Below, one piece after another: positions 1 to 8,513 of a DNA stretch of 36,602 bases. Position 1 is the first letter of the stretch; the number at the start of each line of letters is the position of its first letter. The stretch spans positions 1-36,602 of the forward strand of contig JAUCBJ010008447.1 in NCBI GenBank assembly GCA_032718475.1, written 5' to 3'. Both the position numbers and the translations under genes were made by a program. This DNA comes from Nemertoderma westbladi (taxonomy: Eukaryota > Animalia > Xenacoelomorpha). The notes under the pieces were generated by a model. The model was not told the origin of the DNA. It saw only the letters and a list, made by a program, of their open reading frames with translations, and searched no databases.

Positions 1-23
1 ACGTCAGTTATACAGTAAGTAGT

Positions 24-3000
24 ATGCACGGACAGCGTGCAATACCAGTGACACGAGTTAAGTTGGACTTAGACTCTCTTCTTCCAAAATCGCAACACAG
101 CGAGAGGGAGAGGTCTTTGTTGCCCTTTAGAGATCTAACCTTTGCGGCCACGAAGGACTTTAGTAACCTACTAGGTCCAGTGCCGGAACAATCTCTGGAG
201 GACCGTAAGTATTTCAGACACCTTGGTGTACCCGAATGTCCTGTCAATTATAGATCGGTAGCAATGCTGATCGGGACGGACCAATTCAACCTACATCAGG
301 TGTGGGAAACCAGACCATCGGCAGTTGTAGCAGGAAACGCATACGCCTGCAGAACGCCGATAGGGTGGTATACACGAGCGCCTGTGCGCACACTAGACGT
401 AAGTGACGAGGAAGACGATGTACAGAGTACATGCAGTTTATTAACTACAAACTCAATTCATTCCTTTTCACACGACGTGAACCATACTACACTACAGTCG
501 ACAAAACATCACAGACGTGTAACTAGTATGATAAGTCACAAGGAGCAGCTAACCCACAAGGTGAGTTTAGAACTTGGGGAGAAGACGAATCAGCTAGAGA
601 TTCCATCGACGACAGATGATAGGCTTGCGAGTCTACCTACCCCAATAACCTCAACAGTGCCCGTCGATATCGATGATGACGCGTTGAAAATTCATCAGTT
701 GGAACAAGCCGCCTTGGACAAAGAATTAACGGAGAAGACTATCAGGTGGTTAGAACAAGATACAGCTGAACCTGGTAGCTACGAACCTTGTATGTCGGAA
801 CAGGAGAAACAATCTCTGAAGATCATGGAAGATACTATCCGACAGACGGAGGACGGACATTACGAGGTGGGGATGTTATGGCGTAGCCAAAGTCCTAAAC
901 TTATAAATAACTACCCACTGGCTTTAAGACGTCTACACTCAATACGACAACGTCTATTAAAGGACGAGAAAGCCCATCTGCAGTACAACACTCAGATGGA
1001 GACGTATTTGACTGAAGGATACGCTATCCGAATGACTAACCCGGAGCGAGTGACCGACCAGACATACTACCTGCCACATCACTATGTGAGACACCCCGAC
1101 AAACCAGATAAAGTACGCGTAGTCAATGACTGTGCGGCTCTATTTGAGGGAATGTCCCTCAATAGTGAGTTGATGGATGGACCGAACATGAATAATTATC
1201 TTATGGGGGTGATTATGCGCTTCCGTCAGCGCCAAGTAGCCTTTACTTGCGACGTTGAAGCGATGTTTCACCAAGTAAAAGCGTTAGAGCGAGACAGAGA
1301 CAGTTTGCGGTTTCTCTGGTATCCGGAAGGGGACTTAAGTCTACCACCAGCGACTTACCAAATGCAAGTTCGCGTTTTCGGTGCCAGAGACAGCCCAAAT
1401 TGTACGATGTACGCCTTGAAGCAAGCCGCTAGAGATCAGAAACATCTGTATGACCCAGAGATAATTAGAATTGTAGAACGTGACTTTTACGTTGATGACG
1501 GATTACAGAGTTGCGACACAGTAGAACGTGCTACAACAGTAGCACATCAATTACGGGACTGCTTGGCGGGCGGAGGTTTTAACCTCACCAAATTCGCCTC
1601 AAACAGTGCCGAATTAGTTGACTCATTCGGAACTACTGAGCGTGGAGGTGGTGACATAGACCTAGAGTTCGAACCACTACCGACGACTAAGGTGTTGGGG
1701 CTCTTTTGGGACCCAAACACAGACAACTTTCGAGTGAAGGTGAGACTGGACAGTCAAGGAAACACACTGACCAAGAGATCATGCTTGTCAAAATTGAGCC
1801 GATTGTTCGATCCGTTAGGATTCATCAGTCCAGTGATACTGCAAGCCCGCATTTATATGCGCAGTATATGGAAGGATGGACTAACATGGGACGAGCCGAT
1901 CTCATCAGACCAAGTGGACTTATGGAAGACCTGGGAGGCGGAATTATCTTCACTAGAGGATTATTTCATACCCAGGGTTTACTTTCCATTACAGAGTACA
2001 TTTCCTGACAACTTGGAACTACACTGTTTTTCTGACGCCAGTGACAACGGTTTTGGTGTGGCAGCGTATTTGCGCAGACAAGTAGAATCGGACGAGTTCG
2101 ATGTTTCGCTCATTACTTCTAAGGCTAAGACCATGCCTACTAAGTATATGACGACACCACGAGCCGAGCTACAAGCCGCGACCCTGTCAACCACCATCGT
2201 GAACCTCATACAGACAGAACTACAGTCGAGTTTACAGATATTTTATTGGACTGACGCGACGTTGGTTTTATTTTACATAAACAACGACACACTCGAATTC
2301 AAGACATTCGTAGCTAACCGTCGCGCGGAAATTCTAGACCGTTCAATAAAAGAGGATTGGCGACATTGTCCCGGACCACAAAACCCAGCTGATATTGCGT
2401 CGCGAGGAATGATGCCTGAGGAATTCTGTAAACCGGAGAACAAAGAGTTTTGGCAACACGGACCCCAGTTCTTGCAGAAATCGACACAAGATTGGCCTCC
2501 GTTATACGACAACAAGTCCAACACCATTCCTAAGGACGCCGAAATCAAGAAACCAAAAAAGGGGAAGACAAAGAAAAGGACGACGGCGGCAAAACTCAAG
2601 AAAAAACCGAAGGCGAAATGGAAAGATATAACTTCAAAGGTCAAGAGAGGAAGACTTGCGAGCCTTTCTACACCAGACATATCGCCAGACGGTCAACCAG
2701 ACACGTTACTAGACGGTCAACCAGACATTCTACCAGACACTAGTGACATACTGACAAACAGTAAAGCCGCAGTTTCCCTATTGGAGCGGCCTTCTATTGA
2801 CAAACAACCAGATACGTTACCAGACGTATCGCCAGACACATTACTAGACAGTCGACTAGACATTTTGTCAGAAACATCACAAAATGTTCTACCGGACATT
2901 AGTAATGTATCAACTAACAGTAAAGCCGCAGTTTCCCTATTGGAGCGGCCTTGTATTGACAAACTACCAATTTTGACACACTTGAGCAACCATAAGCACG

Positions 3001-4868
3001 GTGAAACCTCATGTATTACAGATGTGGGTAGTACCTACGCTAATGTAAATACAGGTGTTACTTTGCGCTCAAGAGACATACCGAACTTACAACCTATGGT
3101 GAGACCTGGGATTAATGTCGGCAGGAAAATAAGTTTACCGAAACCTGCTGACCCCATAGAGTTCAAACCACCATTAACGATCGACTTACAAAGTACCGAC
3201 AATCAAGGTAAGAGGACAAAAAGGGACAAATTACTTGTAGACCCGGACGGATCAACAGTCAACAAGGGAATACTTACCGGCGGACCCGTGGGCCCTTCTA
3301 GTAATTCAAAACCTTCCAAGTTCTCCATTGACTTACCTGATGACGTCACAAATACTTATGTCGACCGTATTGTAAACCTAACAGATTCTTGGTCGAACGC
3401 TTGCCGAAAATTAGCGTGGATTGTACGTTTTGTACAATACGTTAAAGGCAAACGTGACTTTACACGTCGACTTACATTGGCTGAGATTGACAGGTGTGAG
3501 ATTAAATTAATTCGCCATTACCAACTGCGATATTTCGCGCGCGAATTCACATCTATACATCAAGGTCAACCAATCAAGTCGTCACCGATACTGAGTTGGA
3601 GTCCGATTATTTATAATGGCTTAATTTGTCATAAATCTCGGCTTCAAAACATTGACTTTAACACAAACTTTAGGTACCCAATAATAATACCGCAACATCA
3701 CGAACTACAACGTGCAATGATACTGGACGCACATTTACATCTGAAACACGCTGGAAGACACCACTGTCTTTCCTACTTACGTACTAGATTTGTATTAATT
3801 AGACCCAGTAAAGCGTTAAGTTCAGTGACACGTACGTGTATTATTTGTAAAAAGGTACATTCTAGAATAGGTACCCAAGAAATGAGTGAACTACCACAAG
3901 CACGACTTCAAGCATTCAGACCACCTTTTACAGAGACTGGAATTGATTGCTTTGGTCCCATACATACGAAACGTGGACGTATACTAGTAAAACGCTGGGG
4001 ACTGATTTTCACATGTATGTCCAGTAGGGCAGTTCATATTGAACGTGTGATGGATCTTTCCACCAACGCGTTTATACTAGCACTGCGGCGATTTATCGCT
4101 AGACGCGGACTAGTAAAATGCTTGTACTCAGACCAAGGGACAAACTTCGTTGGTGCTCGGAATGAGATTGCTAGAGCCTTTAAGAAATTAGATCATGATC
4201 AAATCTCAAACGAACTGCAACCTCACAAGATTGTTTGGAAGTTCAATCCTCCAGATAGTCCTTGGAGAGGCGGAGTCTGGGAGAGACTGATTAGATCTAT
4301 AAAGACAGCAATGGCAAAGGTCATTCCAGTAAACCATATATTGACAGACGACCAACTGACAACGTTGTTTGTTGAAATCGAGGCAATACTAAATACTAGA
4401 CCAATAGTATTAGTACCCGATGACAAACAATCTCAGTTTGCTTTGACACCGGCACACCTGCTTATGCAGGCACCGACGACTTTGACACCTATTTCTATTC
4501 CAATAGAAAGCGACAGCTACGGTAGAAAAGCGTGGAAAATCACGCAACTACTGGCTAACAAATTCTGGGAAATATGGCAAAACCATTATTTGCCCTCTAT
4601 TTCTGCCAGAACAACTTGGTACAATAACACCCGCGCATTAAAGCCGGGAGATCACGTGCTGTTGGCAGAAGTGAATCTAAAAAGACGCTTCTGGATAACA
4701 GGTGTCATTTTAGCCACACATCCATCTATGGATGGAGTGACAAGAACTGTGACGGTACGGACAATTGACGGTCGTACAGTAGACAGACCGACTCAACGTC
4801 TCGTACTTCTTGAAGAGACTCGTAACGAGTCTGGAGACTACAAATCTCCAACTAATACTAGTAAATAA
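24..4868 (+). CDS. pol: BEL/Pao Pol polyprotein (C-terminal part of protease, RT, RNase H, integrase); 5'-partial, frame open from position 3
   Basis: Protease tail LIGTD..TPIGW; RT YYLPHH/KVRVVND, DVEAMFHQV, VFGARDSP, FYVDD; KVLGLFWD and LFDPLG; RNase H LHCFSDAS, TPRAELQAA, FYWTDA, NPADIASRG; integrase HHCC (HLHLKHAG..CIICKK), GIDCFGP, SDQGTNFVG, GGVWERL. Confidence 0.97.
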   Translation: MHGQRAIPVTRVKLDLDSLLPKSQHSERERSLLPFRDLTFAATKDFSNLLGPVPEQSLEDRKYFRHLGVPECPVNYRSVAMLIGTDQFNLHQVWETRPSAVVAGNAYACRTPIGWYTRAPVRTLDVSDEEDDVQSTCSLLTTNSIHSFSHDVNHTTLQSTKHHRRVTSMISHKEQLTHKVSLELGEKTNQLEIPSTTDDRLASLPTPITSTVPVDIDDDALKIHQLEQAALDKELTEKTIRWLEQDTAEPGSYEPCMSEQEKQSLKIMEDTIRQTEDGHYEVGMLWRSQSPKLINNYPLALRRLHSIRQRLLKDEKAHLQYNTQMETYLTEGYAIRMTNPERVTDQTYYLPHHYVRHPDKPDKVRVVNDCAALFEGMSLNSELMDGPNMNNYLMGVIMRFRQRQVAFTCDVEAMFHQVKALERDRDSLRFLWYPEGDLSLPPATYQMQVRVFGARDSPNCTMYALKQAARDQKHLYDPEIIRIVERDFYVDDGLQSCDTVERATTVAHQLRDCLAGGGFNLTKFASNSAELVDSFGTTERGGGDIDLEFEPLPTTKVLGLFWDPNTDNFRVKVRLDSQGNTLTKRSCLSKLSRLFDPLGFISPVILQARIYMRSIWKDGLTWDEPISSDQVDLWKTWEAELSSLEDYFIPRVYFPLQSTFPDNLELHCFSDASDNGFGVAAYLRRQVESDEFDVSLITSKAKTMPTKYMTTPRAELQAATLSTTIVNLIQTELQSSLQIFYWTDATLVLFYINNDTLEFKTFVANRRAEILDRSIKEDWRHCPGPQNPADIASRGMMPEEFCKPENKEFWQHGPQFLQKSTQDWPPLYDNKSNTIPKDAEIKKPKKGKTKKRTTAAKLKKKPKAKWKDITSKVKRGRLASLSTPDISPDGQPDTLLDGQPDILPDTSDILTNSKAAVSLLERPSIDKQPDTLPDVSPDTLLDSRLDILSETSQNVLPDISNVSTNSKAAVSLLERPCIDKLPILTHLSNHKHGETSCITDVGSTYANVNTGVTLRSRDIPNLQPMVRPGINVGRKISLPKPADPIEFKPPLTIDLQSTDNQGKRTKRDKLLVDPDGSTVNKGILTGGPVGPSSNSKPSKFSIDLPDDVTNTYVDRIVNLTDSWSNACRKLAWIVRFVQYVKGKRDFTRRLTLAEIDRCEIKLIRHYQLRYFAREFTSIHQGQPIKSSPILSWSPIIYNGLICHKSRLQNIDFNTNFRYPIIIPQHHELQRAMILDAHLHLKHAGRHHCLSYLRTRFVLIRPSKALSSVTRTCIICKKVHSRIGTQEMSELPQARLQAFRPPFTETGIDCFGPIHTKRGRILVKRWGLIFTCMSSRAVHIERVMDLSTNAFILALRRFIARRGLVKCLYSDQGTNFVGARNEIARAFKKLDHDQISNELQPHKIVWKFNPPDSPWRGGVWERLIRSIKTAMAKVIPVNHILTDDQLTTLFVEIEAILNTRPIVLVPDDKQSQFALTPAHLLMQAPTTLTPISIPIESDSYGRKAWKITQLLANKFWEIWQNHYLPSISARTTWYNNTRALKPGDHVLLAEVNLKRRFWITGVILATHPSMDGVTRTVTVRTIDGRTVDRPTQRLVLLEETRNESGDYKSPTNTSK
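2670..2970 (+). repeat. In-frame repeats in the pol insert: 12-bp CCAGAC-based units (PDxx) and a ~159-bp duplication
   Basis: AACAGTAAAGCCGCAGTTTCCCTATTGGAGCGGCCTT at 2757 and 2916; TNSKAAVSLLERP occurs twice in the protein. Confidence 0.9.
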
Positions 4869-5250
4869 TTAGGAGTTTACAAATAGATTTCCACGTACCT
4901 GTACACTGTAGTAAGGACAGCGGTAGAATTCCATTGTCTTTATATGTGAACATTGAGGGTAGTACCCTTATGTGTCACATAGGAGCGGGATTTGTAGGTA
5001 TAAGAAATGGAATTCTACTTGGAACTCACAATATTGAGACATTTTCGAAATTTTAGACAATCCATTTGGATTTGAAAATTTTTAAAATTTTCTCCAGTGA
5101 ATAGATTTCAGGGTACAGTCGGGTGGAACTTAAAATTAGAGAAACAAGAGAGGAAGACTTGCGAGCCTTTCTTAAAATTTTAATTAAATTTTACACGGTC
5201 TTGTTTCAATAAGTTACATCAAATAAATAGACTCCCCTATATTTATTACT
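4857..5250 (+). other. Structured non-coding spacer with nested inverted repeats after the pol stop
   Basis: GTAGAATTCCATT 4923-4935 / AATGGAATTCTAC 5006-5018 enclose a hairpin at 4944-4980. GAAACAAGA 5141-5149 / TCTTGTTTC 5199-5207 enclose two hairpins. Confidence 0.7.
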
Positions 5251-5531
5251 AATTCTTGACTGCTTATTTTCTGATAATAGTTTGGGATCAAAAAGTGAGT
5301 ATTTTAGACTCACAGCCAGTTTAGCCCAAATTCGTTTTTTATTTCGGCAAAAAATTTTAGATAAGAAGCAGCGTGTCATTAAAGAAACCCTAGATCTTAG
5401 GCTATGGGTAGGAGGTTAGAGCGTTGTCGAAGCCCAAAAGGCAGACGAAACTCTCACGTCTCCTCACAACTAACCACAAACTCTGTTGTATTCCCTCTAG
5501 TAGTAATGATTATGTAACTACACCCCTAATT

Positions 5532-5867
5532 ATGAAAAAAGGGATACAAAGAGAGCCGAGATGGGGATATGATATCCAAGAGGAGGCGGCAGCTTCATTC
5601 GAACGATTTGGAGCAAAAGACTACACTATATTTGGTATAAAGGAATTATCAGAAAGTACAGCGAAGCTCGCAAAGACAGCAATGCCTTTACTCGAGCAGG
5701 ATTTAGCATATTTCGAGACGTGTATCTTCGCTGTGCGGGATCTCTTATCGAAAGATCATCTATGTTTACATTGTTACCCTATGAAGGAGAACGTATCGTG
5801 GAGATTATGGATGAATCACGGCAGACGCGCGCGCCTATCGGTCACCTTGGTGATGAATTCGAAGTAA
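5532..5867 (+). CDS. Small ORF overlapping the start of ORF2; no recognisable domain
   Basis: ATG at 5532, frame open 5412-5867; may be incidental. Confidence 0.2.
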   Translation: MKKGIQREPRWGYDIQEEAAASFERFGAKDYTIFGIKELSESTAKLAKTAMPLLEQDLAYFETCIFAVRDLLSKDHLCLHCYPMKENVSWRLWMNHGRRARLSVTLVMNSK

Positions 5868-7234
5868 CTACTACGATCGCCGACGATCCTTTAGAGGAAC
5901 TTCTTGAGATTGAAAGGAACCTCCCGAAGAAATCTCAGACGGAGATTCGACAACTTGAAGCAACAGATGCTATAGTTTGCCTACAACCTTCAGAAACCTA
6001 CCAACCCATAGACCCAGATGATTACGATTATAGTATGGGAGGAAGCGCTCGACCGATTGGAGATCTTATATACGAACGAGTGTGGTACCCTGCTAATACG
6101 ATGTGTAGTAAATGTGGCGTCGCTGGACATCATATGGCAAAGTGCAGTGGAAAGCACATTACTACGACTCAGCTAATCTGTGGATGGTGTGGGGATCAAG
6201 GGTCTCATACCTTTTATACTTGCTGGAGATTTATGGCTCAATGTACTTACTGCAATATAAAGGGACATCGAGCATCTGAATGCCAACTGAGAGACATACC
6301 TTATGAACACGAATCTGTAAAACTCGTGAGGAAGTTATTTGATGAGTGGGAAGATTTAGCCGACGAACATGTATCGGCACAGAGAAGACGGTTTCCGATG
6401 AGAGCGCATCTCGGATTTTGGGCGGTAAATCCTCAAACGATGATGTCGGAAGGATATATCTCCGCTATGCCCCAATATGACGAACTTATCGAGGTTGTCG
6501 ATATTTTGCCCCACGACAGCGGATTCCGAGTGGTGCGCGAGTATCTGTTACAAATTCACCCGGATAACAAAAACACATGGAATTTTCAGAAAGTCGTTAA
6601 TCGGATTACGTATGGTGAATTCGATCGTTTCCGAACTGAAAAGCGGAACAAGGGAGCTTGGTTAACCGTCGCATGGGCGTACCGAGCCGCGTTTTACCAC
6701 AAACGTATACGAGCGAGCGTATTCGAGGAAGAGGAGGTCCTAGAGGCGACGAATATATCAGCCACTCCGGTTGCGCCGTCTGCACGTCACCCTCGGGAGG
6801 ACGGTCAGGGTAGGATCATATGGGTCCAGAAGGTGGGCCAACAATTGAAGAAAATTATTAATGTAGAAGAACGCAAGGGAGTTGAGCCGACTATTCGAGT
6901 TACTCGGGATACGGTATCACTTCCAAGAGAACCGGTAGGAGGATCGGGACATACACCAGCTGATCAACAGGGGGCGCAAGCTACTCTTGGGTCTGCGTCG
7001 TCCGCCTTTCGCGAGTTCCCAGACGTTCTACCAACTGTAGTGACGACTGATCGGTCACGAGGAATTGGTCGAGGTTTTGGGATGCCAAATAGACGAATTT
7101 GCGAGGAAATAGTTGCACCGTCTCTCAACGTCTCAAGTAAACCGGTGACTCGCCCCATTAGTCCCATATCGCGAGCAAAGTCACCTGTGCGCAGTTTTCG
7201 AGGACGCGGCAGGGCTCGATCTACTAAGCGATAA
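5720..7234 (+). CDS. Accessory ORF2: protein with three CCHC zinc knuckles and an Arg/Ser/Pro-rich basic C-terminus
   Basis: CSKCGVAGHHMAKC, CGWCGDQGSHTFYTC and CTYCNIKGHRASEC (6104-6283); ends RSFRGRGRARSTKR. The frame is open from 5573 and the first in-frame ATG is at 5762, so the true start is uncertain. Confidence 0.85.
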   Translation: MYLRCAGSLIERSSMFTLLPYEGERIVEIMDESRQTRAPIGHLGDEFEVTTTIADDPLEELLEIERNLPKKSQTEIRQLEATDAIVCLQPSETYQPIDPDDYDYSMGGSARPIGDLIYERVWYPANTMCSKCGVAGHHMAKCSGKHITTTQLICGWCGDQGSHTFYTCWRFMAQCTYCNIKGHRASECQLRDIPYEHESVKLVRKLFDEWEDLADEHVSAQRRRFPMRAHLGFWAVNPQTMMSEGYISAMPQYDELIEVVDILPHDSGFRVVREYLLQIHPDNKNTWNFQKVVNRITYGEFDRFRTEKRNKGAWLTVAWAYRAAFYHKRIRASVFEEEEVLEATNISATPVAPSARHPREDGQGRIIWVQKVGQQLKKIINVEERKGVEPTIRVTRDTVSLPREPVGGSGHTPADQQGAQATLGSASSAFREFPDVLPTVVTTDRSRGIGRGFGMPNRRICEEIVAPSLNVSSKPVTRPISPISRAKSPVRSFRGRGRARSTKR

Positions 7235-7329
7235 AAGGGAGGGCAAGGGTGGACGGAAGACTCGTGAGCCTTTCTTATGATTTGTGATTTATTTGAATTA
7301 TATGTTTTATATTTAGAAAGTTTTGTATT

Positions 7330-7680
7330 CTGAAAGGGACTCATATTTAGTAAAAACTTATATTTTATATTTGTGTTTATTCCAAACTTATGCAATTTGT
7401 ATTGTTCCGAATATTATGCAATTTATATTTTATAAGCAATATTTGTACCTAAAGAGAAAGTTTTATAGACAGAAAATTTTGTGCTCAGAAAGACTCATAT
7501 TTGTAATTATTCCAAACTTATGCAATCTACATTTAGGTACGAAAGTATTTGTAATTACTTGAATTTATGCAATATTTGGGATGCAATAGTAGATGGAAGA
7601 CTTGCGAGCCTTTCTTATTGTTTTCATTTATTTGTATTTGTAATTGTTTGAATTTATGCAATATTTGAGATGCAATAGAT
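7330..7680 (+). repeat. Degenerate direct repeats in the 3' UTR with five TTATGCAAT cores
   Basis: TTATTCCAAACTTATGCAAT twice (~7377, ~7507); GAATTTATGCAATATTTGRGATGCAATAG twice (7561, 7650); GACTCATATTT twice. Confidence 0.8.
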
Positions 7681-7910
7681 TTATATTGGTGAATTTAATT
7701 TAGATTTATATTGTACTTACTTAGTAAAGCCTTAAATACGTAAAGTTTGAATTTGTAATTATTTTGTATCGAATCATTACGTAGAAAGGAAGTATTGTTT
7801 GAAACTTAATTGTAAATATGTAAGTACGCCCTAAGTATTCTATAGTTTGATTGATTATTGGTGAAAACCGTATATTTTATGCACGATAATATCCTGTTTT
7901 CATGGAGCGG

Positions 7911-8513
7911 TATAGAATTATATTCCCTAAATGCCGTGGATTTTCAAAATTTTATTTTATTCGAATTAACTTTGTAAAGATTGCTTTGAGTTCTCATTAG
8001 TATTGGTTCTATCTATTGTGTATCTATCGGTCAAGTGGTTCAGTAGCTCAGTTGGTAGAGCGTTGGAAATTATATGTGTAGTAGGTATCGAGTTCGAATC
8101 CTAGTAAGTGCGAATTATTTTTTGTGCAGAATTTCAACTCATTTAAATTAACCGCTACAAATTAATTGCATTTGTCTGTACCAATAAGGCTGTAGTTATT
8201 TGATTGTAACCAATGTCGTGCAAGTTATATATTAGCTGGACCAATAAGCTATCTTTAAAACCTTGTTAGAACCTATAGAACAATCGAGAATTTTCTCGAT
8301 TGATTGCGGCACAAATTTGGTATATAAAGGTGCGATTTGTTCATTAGTTATTCACTTCAATATTCAATCTTATATCTCAATCTTTCTCAGATTATCTTAT
8401 CAATATTCTGTCGTGCTTAGTTTATTCTCAGATTACATTGTATTATAATTGTGTCTTCTGTAATAAAGTCAGAATATTCTCTCAGCTTTTCTGTTTTACT
8501 ATGAATTCACTAC
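7911..8513 (+). repeat. Putative 3' LTR
   Basis: Follows the short purine tract GGAGCGG; TATA-like GTATATAAAG ~8320, AATAAA 8462, ends AATTCACTAC. There is no second copy in the window and the termini are not canonical TG..CA. Confidence 0.45.
8037..8110 (+). promoter_or_regulatory. tRNA-derived segment with Pol III A and B boxes (not a functional tRNA)
   Basis: A box TAGCTCAGTTGG 8044-8055 with intact D stem GCTC/GAGC; B box GAGTTCGAATCC 8090-8101; anticodon and acceptor stems do not pair. Confidence 0.7.

Larger units (their letters stand above)
1..8513 (+). mobile_element. BEL/Pao LTR retrotransposon (5' part outside window), with an extra downstream ORF
   Basis: Uninterrupted PR-RT-RH-IN polyprotein with BEL/Pao motifs, then a spacer, ORF2, an AT-rich 3' UTR and an LTR-like block. 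The 3' boundary is uncertain and may extend to ~9870. Confidence 0.9.

Noticed and set aside
8-4426. Short antisense and alternate-frame ORFs within pol
   Set aside because: Shadow ORFs without motifs.
5720-7234. env gene
   Set aside because: No signal peptide or transmembrane anchor is evident; it has zinc knuckles instead.
8037-8110. Functional tRNA gene
   Set aside because: Acceptor, anticodon and T stems do not pair; only the A/B boxes and D arm remain.
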